NCBI GenBank assembly: GCA_051362555.1
Contig: CM120643.1
Location: 10,974,001 to 11,038,000 of the forward strand
Direction: 5' to 3'
Source: Lingula anatina
Taxonomy: Eukaryota > Animalia > Brachiopoda
Length of the DNA: 64,000 bases
The notes under the pieces are model-generated. The model worked only from the letters and a program-made list of their open reading frames with translations. It was not told the origin of the DNA and searched no databases. Positions 35,216 to 47,700 of this stretch are shown in pieces (position 1 is the stretch's first letter; every line of letters begins with the position of its first letter). The translations under genes were made by a program, and so were the position numbers.

Positions 35216-38189
35216 CATGATTGTTGATTTAATAACTTGATGAAAAGGGTGGTTTTCGTTGTGATCATTTCCAAATGATCATAGGTTGAGGGATGAAATT
35301 GAATTTATGCACATTATTTTTATTGCAATCACAAATGCAGGCTTTTCCATATTTTATAATGTATTGTGCAGTTAAAATACTGTGTAGCATTGTGTGTAGC
35401 ACTTCAGCGTTTTAAACGTTTTTACCATTTCCTCCGAAGAGCTAGTAAACGGATATGCTGGTTGTGTTTGCTCCTGTGTCCTTTGACATAAATCTTTTGT
35501 CTTACAGCACAACTACATGATCACGAACTAGGGAATGTGGGAAATTATAATTGTATGAAGACCGTTTAAACGCGCGATTTCAGTTTTTTTATTATTACAG
35601 TGGTTTCAAGGCGTGTGCTAATACTGAAGCTCATTGCAGCCTATATCTTGTGAACATACCATTATAATGGTGCTGCAAGATATGTATTATAGGTATAATA
35701 TTAATGCTAATGAAACTTTGGGTAAAGTTGTCATAACTGATAATAGAAAAGCGTTATATTGTGTTGTGTATATTTTAGAATGCATGATGAAATGGTGGAC
35801 GAAAAATCTTTCTTTTTTGTCACAATGTATAACATATATACACTGATTGTGTACATTGTCACTTTGGAATCGTTTTACTGGGAAGGAAAACAAGTGACTG
35901 CAAAATATACCAGTTGCGAATAGGTAATATGGAATAATAAAATGGGTTTGAAGTTGTTCTTGGTGAGAGATTTTATTTTAAATATTTTATTTTCTTCCTT
36001 TTCTTTTTATCATTATACATATACGAGTTAAAGTTTATCGATTGGTTCCTTCCCGATGGCACTCTTCGGCCCTGCGGAGACTTTCCTGGCAGTGGACTGC
36101 ACTCTGTGAGGGTTGGTGCAAGTTTTGCTTTAGTTAAAACTTACTGAGTAGCATTGCTTGGTCAAAAATAGGGTTCTTTTCGAAACTCAACATGATCGGG
36201 TTACTTCTAGAGAAAATAATGACAATTTATTTTTCTTGGGGTAATTTTTTCCAATTTTTTTTTCTCTTGAATGTTCTCCCCGTGTTTCTGTTGTGCTCCG
36301 CATTTGCTGAGCGGTTTAGATTAATAAGTCAGCGTGATTGAAAAATCTTTTCTAGGTAGCTTATTTTTTTAAACTTTTACCACTAAAATTTTACATTTAC
36401 ATGCAATAGTGAACAGTGGTACGTATGGGTCGGCATTAAAAGGGACACACCATTTGTTTTCCGGCCAAAACGATTTGTTGGAAGTTCTATAGATGCGTTT
36501 TAAAATCCCCCACAGCCATAAGTATGCCTGTAAAGCTTCTTTTATTTCTCAATTCAGACTCCAAAGACAATAAAACCCTTTAAATAATAGTTCATGTGAG
36601 GTGTACCTTGTGTCGTTGTTATCTTTTCAGCCTCCTCGGGTAGCCATTGCCAGCTTGCATCATCTGTATTAAACACAGGTCGCGATACAAAACAACCTGC
36701 CACTTTCTTGTAAGAAAACAAGGCAATGCACGTGAAGGAGGATGTCGTTTATAATGTCTGACTAGTCATTTAAAGTGAAGCATTAAATGAAAAATGGAAT
36801 AAAACATCGAATCCAAGTGCAAGGACGGAATAAGCAATAACTAGTGAGTAGGAGAAAAATTGTTCTTTACCCGAGGAAAATTCATTTTGGAGGGTATATT
36901 CCATGGAAAAGCCCTTTAAGTGGAAAGTGCATTAAAAAAAAACTTAACAGCCTGACCAGGTATTTTAGCCCCCGAGCAGGACGCAGTGCTTTTTATGCTT
37001 CATCCAGGACGCGGCATTTTACAGTCCATGGAGAACTTTGACCCGGCTACGCGTTGTTCTAAATGTGTGTGCAATTAATCCAAACATTCGCGCTATCATT
37101 TAAGGATGTGACATGCCTGAGGACATGTACAGGTAAGGTATCTGGGACAGCTCTGGGCTGGCCTCCAAGGACGTTTAAATAAAAACAACAGCACTTGAAC
37201 TCTTTCATCTTTGTCACGTCATTTCAATCCAATTTATCACTGTATGTAATAGGCTCCCTATATAAATACCATAGCCTTGTGCATTGTGATATAATACACT
37301 TGATATATTACACATTGTGTAAATATATGAAGACAATGCTTTTATTTGACCCCGGGTAGAATGTAGGTAATTGTAATTATGGAACTTTGCGCGTGCAGTG
37401 TTTCAATCTCAGTTCAGTAAGTACATAAAGCATAATGAATGGCACTTACTGTACCACCAGCGTTAGCGCTGGCGGTACACATGGTTTCGGTCCCGTCCGG
37501 ATCGTTCCGCCGGCTCCGCCGGCTCCGCCGGCTCCGCCGGACGGCTACCGTTACCGCTTCTCCTCCTAGACGGTAAGGGCCCCCGTACCCATCTCTTGAA
37601 TTTAGGTCACCTATAATCTCAACTCGTTCCACGTAAAATTTGGGCTTTGTCGGTATTGGGGTCTGGGTGTGGCACTCATTGCAATGCACCCTTGTCCAAA
37701 AATGGCAAAATTAAATGCTAATTATCTACCCTACGGAAGGGGTTATGGGAAAAATTTCTACAGACGGCTTTCCAAAAGTCATATGTGTAGATTTCAAATA
37801 TGCCCTTGGATTTGACCTTTGACCTTTACTTCAAGGTCATACGGGCCAAAATTTTCAAAAAAAAATATATTGCCCTGTTATTCAGACACCACACAGACTT
37901 AACCAATAATATTATTGGAAAGTGTTACCCTTCAGGTCATCTTTCATCTCCGTGAATTTGGGGTCAATCGGTGCATTTTCACGGGAGTAGCGGCCATAAG
38001 ATGCCGAAACTGAAAACTGTCTCTAATTCGGGGACCGTTAATGCTAGAGACCCATTCTTTTTTGCATTTGGTAGAGCATGTAAAGCCCAACACTGAGGTG
38101 GTCTCCGTTTCTTTGTATTCCAAACGGTTTTCGAGTTACGCTATCAAAAAGTACATATTGGTGGTGAAAGCAAAATGTGCAGTACGGTA

Positions 38190-38413
38190 TAGTGAGGCAG
38201 CTAAGCCAAAAAATTGTGCAATAGATGATAAAAGCATGAAACTTTCCACGATGAATGACCATTGGGTGTTTGTCTATTTTGGATCGGGGGGCAACTCCAA
38301 AATTCATTAGTACTCGGATGAGCGGCTTTCTTAAATATTCATCGTGGAAAGTTTCATGCTTTTATCATCTTTTGCACAATTCTGGATATAATTTGGTCTT
38401 AACCGCCTGACTA
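38190..38413. mobile_element. Foldback/MITE nested in the HINE
   Basis: Outer imperfect TIRs TAGTGAGGCAGCTAAG / CTTAACCGCCTGACTA and a ~45-bp inner inverted repeat AATTGTGCAA...CCACGATGAAT with one mismatch. Confidence 0.65.
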
Positions 38414-38639
38414 GTAATGGATAATAAATTTTGAACTCTGCAAAAATAAAACAAAAGGCTTGGCAAAGCAGACAACTTGTGGTCATTATTGACATTATTT
38501 CATCAAATTTGAACTTTTGGAACTTCAGAGTACCTCCCATTTCAAGAATTTTGACCAAAATGACCTTATCTTTATTTTAATGAATTTTTTTCTGTAGGAA
38601 ATTTATGGCACATTATGGGAACTACAAAATTATAACATT

Positions 38640-40270
38640 TAGTCCCTTATATCTCCAAAACTGGCAGAGATAGGTCCATAGTTACTATTGAACTTGAATA
38701 GGTAGTCATACACTGGCAAATTAAATGTGACCTTGAAATTGACCTTTGACCTACTTTTCACCATGAACTGAACTTTGCATATTTTGCTTCCCTTTTTTCT
38801 CCAAAACTGGCAGAGATAGGTCCATAGTTACTATTGAACTTGAATGGGAAGTCATATACTGGCAATCTAAATGTGACCTTGAAATTGACCTTTGACCTAC
38901 TTTTCACCATGAACTGAACTTTGCAAAATTTGCTTCCCTTTCATATCCAAAACTGGCATAGATAGCTCCATAGTTACTATTGAACTTGAATAGGAAGTCA
39001 TACACTGGCAATCTAAATGTGACCTTGAAATTGACCTTTGACCTACTTTTCACATGAACTGAACTTTGCAAAATTTGCTTCCCTTTCATATCCAAAACTG
39101 GCAGAGATAGGTCCATAGTTACTATTGAACTTGAATGGGAGGTCATATACTGGCAATCTTAATGTGACCTTGAAATTGACCTTTGACCTACTTTGCACCA
39201 TGAACTGAACTTTGGAAATTTTGCTTCCCTTTCATATCCAAAACTGGCAGAGATAGGTCCATAGTTACTATTGAACTTGGATAGGAAGTCATATACTGGC
39301 AATCTTAATGTGACCTTGAAATTGACCTTTGACCTATTTTTCACCATGAACTGAACTTTGCAAATTTTGCTGCCCTTTTATCTCCAAAACTGGCAGAGAT
39401 AGGTCCAATGTTACTATTGAACTTGAATAGGAAGTCATATACTGGCAATCCAAATGTGACCTTGAAATTGACCTTTGACCTATTTTTCACCATGAACTGA
39501 ACTTTGCAAATTTTGCTTCCCTTTCATATCCAAAACTGGCAGAGATAGGTCCATAGTTACTATTGAACTTGGATAGGAAGTCATACACTGGCAATCTAAA
39601 TGTGACCTTGAAATTGACCTTTGACCTACTTTTCACCATGAACTGAACTTTGGAAATTTTGCTTCCCTTTCATATCCAAAACTGGCAGAGATAGGTCCAT
39701 AGTTACTATTGAACTTGGATAGGAAGTCATACACTGGCAATCTTAGTGTGACCTTGTTGACCTTTGACCTACTTTTCACCATGAACTGAGCTTTGCAAAT
39801 TTTGCTTCTCTTTCATCTCCAAAACTGGCAGAGATAGATCCACAGTTACTATTGAACTTGGATAGGAAGTCATATACTGACAATCTAAATGTGACCTTCA
39901 AATTGACCTTTGACCTACTTTTCACCATGGACTGAAGTTTGCAAATTTTGCTTCCCTTTTATCTCCAAAACTTGCAGAGAAAGGTCCATAGTTACTATTG
40001 AACTTTGATAGGAAGTCATATACTGGCAATCTAAATGTGACCTTGAAATTGACCTTTGACCTACTTTTCACCATGGGCTGAAGTTTGCAAATTTTGCTTC
40101 CCTTTTATCTCCAAAACTGGCAGAGATAGGTCCATAGTTACTATTAAACTTGAATAGGAAGTCGTATATTGGCAATCTAAATGTGACCTTGAAATTGACC
40201 TTTGACCTACTTTTCACCATGAACTGAACTTTGCAAATGTTTTTTCATTTTATCTCTAAAACTGGCAGAC
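38640..40270. repeat. Satellite array, ~146-bp unit, 11 copies plus a partial
   Basis: CAAAACTGGCAG (or a 1-nt variant) recurs at about 38656, 38802, 38948, 39093, 39239, 39385, 39531, 39677, 39820, 39966, 40113 and 40258. Confidence 0.95.
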
Positions 40271-40560
40271 AAAAAGGACAACTTTCAAATTGTTAGCGAA
40301 AGTTCATTCCCAATGTGAAAGAGATGAGGACGCGATTTTCATATTTGAGTCTTCGTTGGCCAAAGAGCAAGGAAGAACGTAATTTTCGTATCCTCAGTGG
40401 GGGATCGTTGCAATCGTATATTCATTCAATGGCTTTTGTTTGCGAAAGATCGTCAACTAGTGAGACAACCCCTCCCCCTTCTTTTTCCTTCCCATACGAA
40501 TGCTCTTACTCCAGCTGGTGGTACAATACCAGGAGGCGGTATCGCCTCTCTGATCCTCTA

Positions 40561-40617
<57 letters not shown>

Positions 40618-41366
40618 CCCTTTGCGCAAAGTTCTTAAAGTTCTTCAAAGTTTTTAAATATATTTAATTAGACTTCTTGGCTTGCATGTACTATCCCCTA
40701 GAGTCCAGGTGACCCTGACCCGATGTCCCAGTTCCTCCAGATTCCAGGCTATACCCAGACACAGGAGCTGACCACCAGGGCAAGGGTTCATATATATAAG
40801 ACAATGAGAGTCATCCAGGTGTGCTTCCAATGACATCTAAAGAACAAAAAAAAAAAAAAAAAAAAGAGACACAGCACATCTTAAATCGAGGCCGAGTGAT
40901 TTGTATACGTCGCACGTCCACACGTCACGTTAATAAATGTACATGTATATACATTTACTTTAATATTGTTTACAGCATCTAATAAGCATGTAACAAAAGT
41001 GACTCATTAAAAAGGTGTAGCCAGCCAGGTACAGTGTACCATATTTCACACGCGGGCATCTTGAGATACCTGTGCTAGACCCGAAAAATGGGGCTAGGTT
41101 TTACATGTTGAGTAACGGCCCGGAAAATTGCTTTTGTTTGCAAATGTCAAGAAGAGGCGATTTTGTTTAGCCAAGTGAACATTTAAACCAGAGACAGTAT
41201 TTCAAGAGATGCGGCTTGACAAACATACCCATATCCAATAGCTCCTGAGAATTTTAGATACGGAATACTCTGCGGAAATTTCCTGCGGTAAAAAAAGAAG
41301 AAATAAGGCACAAAAACGCTGCAATTTTAAGTTATTTTCGAAATTTGCCTCAAAGAGGTTAAAACC

Positions 41367-44300
41367 ATGCCAATAAGAACGCACTCTCCTTGCCTCAAAG
41401 GTCTGACCGTTACCCTGGTCTTGCTGGAGGTGGGAATATACACGGTCAGCATTATTGGGTGGCCTTCCCTGGTGTACATTTTCAGGGACGCAGGGTTCTA
41501 CTCCGACCTTTGCGGCTCTAACGAGACAGAGAGCATCAATGGGTCAGCCCTGACAGACGACAGACGCCGGTACGAAGACGGTCCAGTAGGGTGTCCGGCA
41601 CAAGAGGAGATTTTAAACTTGGTGTTCACGGTGGCCATAACTTCCCAGATCCTGACCCCCGCACTTGGCTACATTTACGATCACTGCCACTTTATATCTT
41701 CACGTGCCGTTGGCATGTAAGTCATGGCTTTACTTAACGCAAATCGACGGACGAAATAAGTTATTACTGTGTGCTATAACACTGTTATTTTTTGTAAGTT
41801 GAGACAAGATGTGGAGCATGCCAACTGCGTTCGTTAGTGTTAGTCTATTCAACTTGGTAAAAAAAAGCTTTTATGATTTCTGTGTTGCGACTGATTATTA
41901 AATTAAAATAAAATTAATTCCGGTTTGTGTTTGGGATATTAATATTAAACATACGATAAAAAGTACAATTTTTAAAAACCTCCCAATTCCAAATCTGCAT
42001 TAATGTTCTTATCTGGTGAGGAAAATCATATCTTGTTGTTAAGTACTACTGTTTAAACCACATGTATTTGCATGCAATAGCGCGTTGTGGTCTGTGTCTG
42101 GTTCAAGTTGGCCCTGAGAGTAAATAGGCATTATCCCATGTTGAAATGATATACGCTTAATTATTTGTGAAATATCAGTCAAACACATCATCACATAAGA
42201 TATGTATTATTTTTTCTACAGAGTCTTCAGTGTAAGCGGATGTCTCCTTATGGCCTTCTCAGCGCCAGGTAACATTTTTTCTATATCTGCCAGTAATATA
42301 AACGATATCTGCTAGTAATAACACTACATTGTATATTCTTTACAGCAAATGTGCGTTTTTCCCTAGACAATGGGACTGTTTTTCTTTTGTCCAGAAAAGT
42401 ACTTAGTTTGACGTTGAACGTTTATCATCACAGATCGTTATGCGTTGCACGTTGGTATATTGCATAATCTTAATCAGTGCATGCTGCAGAAGGTTGATAG
42501 TCATCATTTAGCAGGCCAAACGTCAGAAAAGTCAGGCTTAACTAGCCTTCATGTTAAGTAATACCCCTGTCACACAATAGCGTAAAGCACTGACGTATGG
42601 GGAAATTAATACATACGAAGACAATTGCAAGGGCTTCATTAGACTAAACTGCGTATACGCTTCGAGCACGCAAGTTAACGTTGGTGTACGTTTGCATACG
42701 CTGGAGCAGGTATACATTCTTGAGCACGTTCAAAAATGTTCAGCGTTTTGAGTGGCACCTTACCTATACGTTAGGTATACACTAGGAATGCACTAAACTG
42801 ACGCTAAGGAAACGTTATATAGTTACGTTCACGCTTCTAATGCGGTGATCGATGTTGGCAACGTATCCGTAGCGTATATGCAACGTAATGTTGACGAACT
42901 TGCATCATATGGACGTGCCTATTTTGGCAACATAAATATTTTGGCGGGACACATGTACTCAACGCCGTACGAAAAAGTGCAAGGTGTCAACCGTAGATGG
43001 AAACACATAGCTGTAAATATATAAATTTTCACGCGAACTGAACAAATGGCCCAACTATCTTTAAATGTGGATTCTTGTGCTTGGCATACATAACAACACC
43101 ATATTTTACTTTGCTATTCAACAACGCAATACACCCGTTTCTGACGCACAACAAGAAGAATGGACTACTAGTACATATATACACATGCATACTTGACATT
43201 AACATGGAATATTTTTTCCAAATTCTTTTTCTTTGATTTTTCCTACTTTTCCGACTTATAAATGAAAACAAGGGTTAATATAATGTTTAATAACTTTAAT
43301 AATCTATTCAGTGTAATTGTGACATCATCTCCAAAATTGAATATTTGCCTAATTAAGCAAACAAAATAAATGGCTGATTTTAAGTCATACGACAACCATA
43401 AAAAGCGTTATTTCAATCTCTGTATTTTCAAAACTATCGCATGTGCAACGTCAGTTATACACTTCAAAAAGGACGCCGCTCGTATCGGTGTCTAGCTACA
43501 GCAACGGTGTAGTCAGAGGTGCGTCTGGCCTCATCTGGTTGCTCTGCAAATACAGGTGCTCTGCGGGGACAGATTTTTTCATCTCGTAATTTAAAATTAT
43601 CGTGCGGTGCCTCTAGCAAATGGGAAGCAGATGGTGTATTTGTTCTGGTTCAGGGTTATATCGATGAAATTTGTCACCCACGTGAATACTGCCTCAAATA
43701 CAGATGCGCCTTAGCTGCAATAATCTGACCTCATTAGTGAAAACCATAATATGTTTCCGGTGTTGTGCCTAAGAAAGTTAATAGTTCCCAGCTCTTTGCA
43801 GAAATAGCCAACGATGTTGCACTGTTCACAGGGGGTCCTTCAGAGGTCGCCTGCTGTGGTCTGATTAAACCAGTCTGATAATTACGATGGGCATTGAAAA
43901 ACGCTTTTGGTGACAATTTGCCCCTCATTTTGAAGTGAACTGGTTGTTTTTGTTTATTTGTAGCAGCAAAACCCGTAAGAACAATGAATCTTGTTTCCGG
44001 GTCGTAAGTTCAGGATGCCTTCTGTGTAGGTAGACCAGCCATGGCATACCTCTGTAAGACTGTGCGGAGCGTTCTTTGCGACAAAATAATCTGTCTGACA
44101 ATGTATGTTTTGCTCCATTCTGGTCCATATCAACAATGCTGTAACGCACTGCTTCGTTCAGTTTATGCATCGTAACGTCCGCTACTTGTACGCAAATTTT
44201 CAAAAGCATCTGTGCAGCCTTTGCCGAAATATTGAGACTTTTTTGACTGAACCATGCTCTGCCATAGTCATACGAAGACCAGCCCAAAGAGTACTACCCA

Positions 44301-44739
44301 AAGAAATCACCACACATAATGTAATGCAGCAGTGTATCAGACAAGGCTGTAAGTCAATTGTTACTGAAACACCTGACTATACATTTATCTATTCTCATAA
44401 TTCACATAAGATACACATTTAAGAAATAAATAACAAAATTTTACCTACATCAAAGGTATGTGTAGGTAAAATTTTGTTATTTATTTCTTAAATGTTATTT
44501 ATTTCTTAAAACTAAAATAAGCGAAATGTCAAGTCTGTATATCTAGGATCGCAGAGACGACATTTTTTTATGTCAGGCGCATCACCTTACACCTTACAAA
44601 ACTCCTACTTCAGCATCGTATCCTTCATGGGATCAAGGAATTAATCTTATTCTGAAGTTGTTAGCAAGGCATAATGGCAAGACCTGTTTCTAATAACGAT
44701 CAATCAGTGTCAGCAAAGATAGCAAAAATACAAGTTGCA

Positions 44740-44776
<37 letters not shown>

Positions 44777-47700
44777 CCTCATCTTTTTTCAACCGTTTCC
44801 ATAGAGAGTTGTAATTGTTTTGACTGTACTTCTTTTAAAGAAACCTGCAAAAGAAAAAAAATCATCTTTCTGATGCATTAATTATTGCGTTCGAACGTAT
44901 TCAGTTTTGCGTTCGAACGCAATCTTGACATACAGTGGCAATGGTTAAAAACTGAAAACAGTCTGGTAATCACTGTATACTGGCATTGGAATTTTTCGGT
45001 ATTCATATTCTAAACGTAAGTGTATCAGGTGTGTTTCAGGAATGGAATGGCTACTATTTCCTGGGGCTTCTCTCCATTTGGTTGGCGGTTTTATGTTTAG
45101 AACCACTGGTATGCAGCTGAGGTGGCTATTCCCCACAAGAAAATCTACCATAGGAACGCTTATCTCTGGCACAATTGACATGAGTTCTTTCAGTTTTGTT
45201 TTAGTCAAGGTATAAGTTAATTGTATGACGGCATGCACATCCACTGAAGAATTTTTGTTTTTGTATGAACTCTCAAAAGTGTTGTTTTATAATAGAAATT
45301 AACTGTACAACTGGATTTTCGTTTAGGCACTGAAAACATGTAGGGGTGTTCGGTAACCGTACCCCTAAAATTAGAATGAGTTTGTGACAGATGCGTACAA
45401 GTTATATTCGGATCAATCTTATTGTTTCAATTCTTTTTGTTGATTTCTTCAAATGCGGTGTCTAATAACAATATATTTTCTTTAGTTGGCTTATGATGCA
45501 GGGGTACCTTACCGCCTGTCTCTAATTGCCATGGGATGTGGAACGTTTGTGATCGCAACCGCCACAACGATAGTTCTGCCACCCCGTGAGGAAGTGTCTG
45601 AGAGTGACGCTTGTAGATGTGGGCGCTCCTTGCGTACCAAGAATGCACCCCATGGCGCGAGATCTATGAAGGTATGTCGTTTTTGACACAGTGCCACATG
45701 ACACAGTGCCACATTATTTTACCTTGTTCCGAAGGAGTTTTTGTTTTTCTTGACAGTAAAGGTTTATAACTATTTGTGGGATTGTTAATGGACAAGTTAC
45801 CTGAAACGTTATTCAAATATTTTGATGGTATTAAGGAAATGAATGTTTTATAATTTAAGTAAACCAGGGTCTCCCGATATCTGTCCAGTATTTGCCTTCT
45901 CCTTGTCGGAGGTCTACAATCAGTGACGTGCTCTCTACTATTGCTGTTGGTATCATATAACATGTCAAAACCTAAAGTTCATGAAAATATTTAGTAAAAT
46001 TTTGTTTTATAAAGTAATGGTTATATACAGATACGTTTATGTGACAAGATTTCAGAGCTGATAAGTTAAAGGGACACCCCATGGGATTTTCCAGCCAAAA
46101 TGAATTTCCTGGAGGAAAGAGGGATTTTCTCCTACTCACAAATAATTGAGCTTTCCTTGCACTTTGGTTCCATGTTTAATTCCATTTTTAATTTAATACT
46201 TTCATTTAAGCGAATGACTGGTAATTATAAACGGCATATGGGGGATTTACAAACGCATTCCTAAATTCGATTTCCAACAATTCATTTTGGTGGGGAATTC
46301 CTATGGAGTGGCCCGTTAAGTAAAATTGTTTTCAGTCATTAATTAAGCCTTGACTGTCTCCCTCTTATAAAAAGAGTTATAGGAGCTTATTCATCTCTCA
46401 ATAAAGTAGAAGTATACAAAGAAAGATGTATAAAATGTCTATGCTGAGTTTGAATGTTTTTAAACTGAAATGTTTTACTCGTAGTGCGCACGGAACAAAG
46501 AACCCAAATTCGACTGCGATAATTATGCTCTGGAAGTCGATTCAGACATCAACGTAAAACCGAACCCGGCTATGGGAAACGACACACCTGATGGTGACTC
46601 AAAAAATTCATCAAATTTTGCAATACCAGGAAAAAATGAAGGAATAACAGAAGGCAGTCTGGAAAAGCCAGGCATGGATATTGACGGGTTTTCGGTCCAC
46701 AATCACTTATCCACGCAAAATCTTTTCTCAGTAGCAGAACAGGTGGATGCTTCTGTTCTCAAGGAAAACAAAAGCAAAGTTATTGCAACCAGAGTTGAGG
46801 AATATGTTCCATTCAGTTCTGTGTTGAAGAACCCTATGTTCTGGCTGACAGAGCTTTGGTATTCCTGCAACGTCCTTCTCATCGCCTCCTATTTTGGCAG
46901 TTTTAACGCAATAGTGGATTACAGGGCGTATGGGGATCGTAATTTAAGTAAGCACAGTTTTTTTCTACTTAACTAAGGGTACTTACAAGATATAAAGGGG
47001 GTGGTATCTGTTTTTATTATTATCATCCAAATTTATTCAAACTGTAAGAACTTATTACATAACAGTAGATCTACGTGTGTTTAATCTAGTCAGAAGTAAA
47101 ATTTTGTTTCCTGTACTATGTTTCAGCCAGTCATTATACAAATGTATTTGGCTACATGCAACTTGGATTCAGCATTCCACTAGCGTTAACAGTCGGCCAT
47201 TTCTTGGACAGACAGCACAGAGGCGAGGGCTTGATTCATGGTATTCCCCTCTCTTTCTTCGTCCCTCCCTCCCTCACTGCCTCTCCCTCCCTCTCTCTCT
47301 CTTTCTCTCTCTCTCTCTCTTAGAGGCGACATATATCGTTTCAAGCACTTATTTCAAAAGAAGGACAACTTGAAACTCGTTAAAATTCCATAACTGTTGG
47401 ATTTTTTAAAATTATGGACAGGTGACTATTTACGGTAAAACACTGCTCTCCGTCTATCCATGCACACAAAAAGTAAAGCACCCACTTTAAATATTCCTTA
47501 TTAGCGAGTGCTATTATTTGCTGCTAAACAGGACTAAATGCCATTTTGTGGTTTTAAATAGGATAACTGAAAATAATACCTAAACGTTTTGGTACATAAA
47601 AAATGTATATTTGCAATATATTTCTGCTTACTTTTCTCTCTGTGCCTCAAGGACTACAATTAACGACCAGAAATTTGAAGAAGATCCAGTTTTAGAATCT

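Larger units (their letters stand above)
37446..40563. mobile_element. Helentron-associated non-autonomous element (HINE-like), family 2, carrying a satellite array
   Basis: Left hairpin TGTACCACCAGCG-TTAG-CGCTGGCGGTACA plus (CCGCCGGCT)n microsatellite. Right subTIR GCTGGTGGTACA (~40514-40525, reverse complement of the left arm) plus hairpin GAGGCG-GTAT-CGCCTC plus CTAGTT, followed by (TTA)n. Confidence 0.75.

Noticed and set aside
40654-40865. Minus-strand acceptor, short ORF and ATTAAA divergent from SLC43
   Set aside because: No recognisable product; the pyrimidine tract is a simple poly-A run; no evidence of transcription.
43380-44400. More GC-balanced block with 60-120 aa ORFs in SLC43 intron 2
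   Set aside because: No motif I can recognise and no consistent frame; probably a decayed TE interior. Needs BLASTX.
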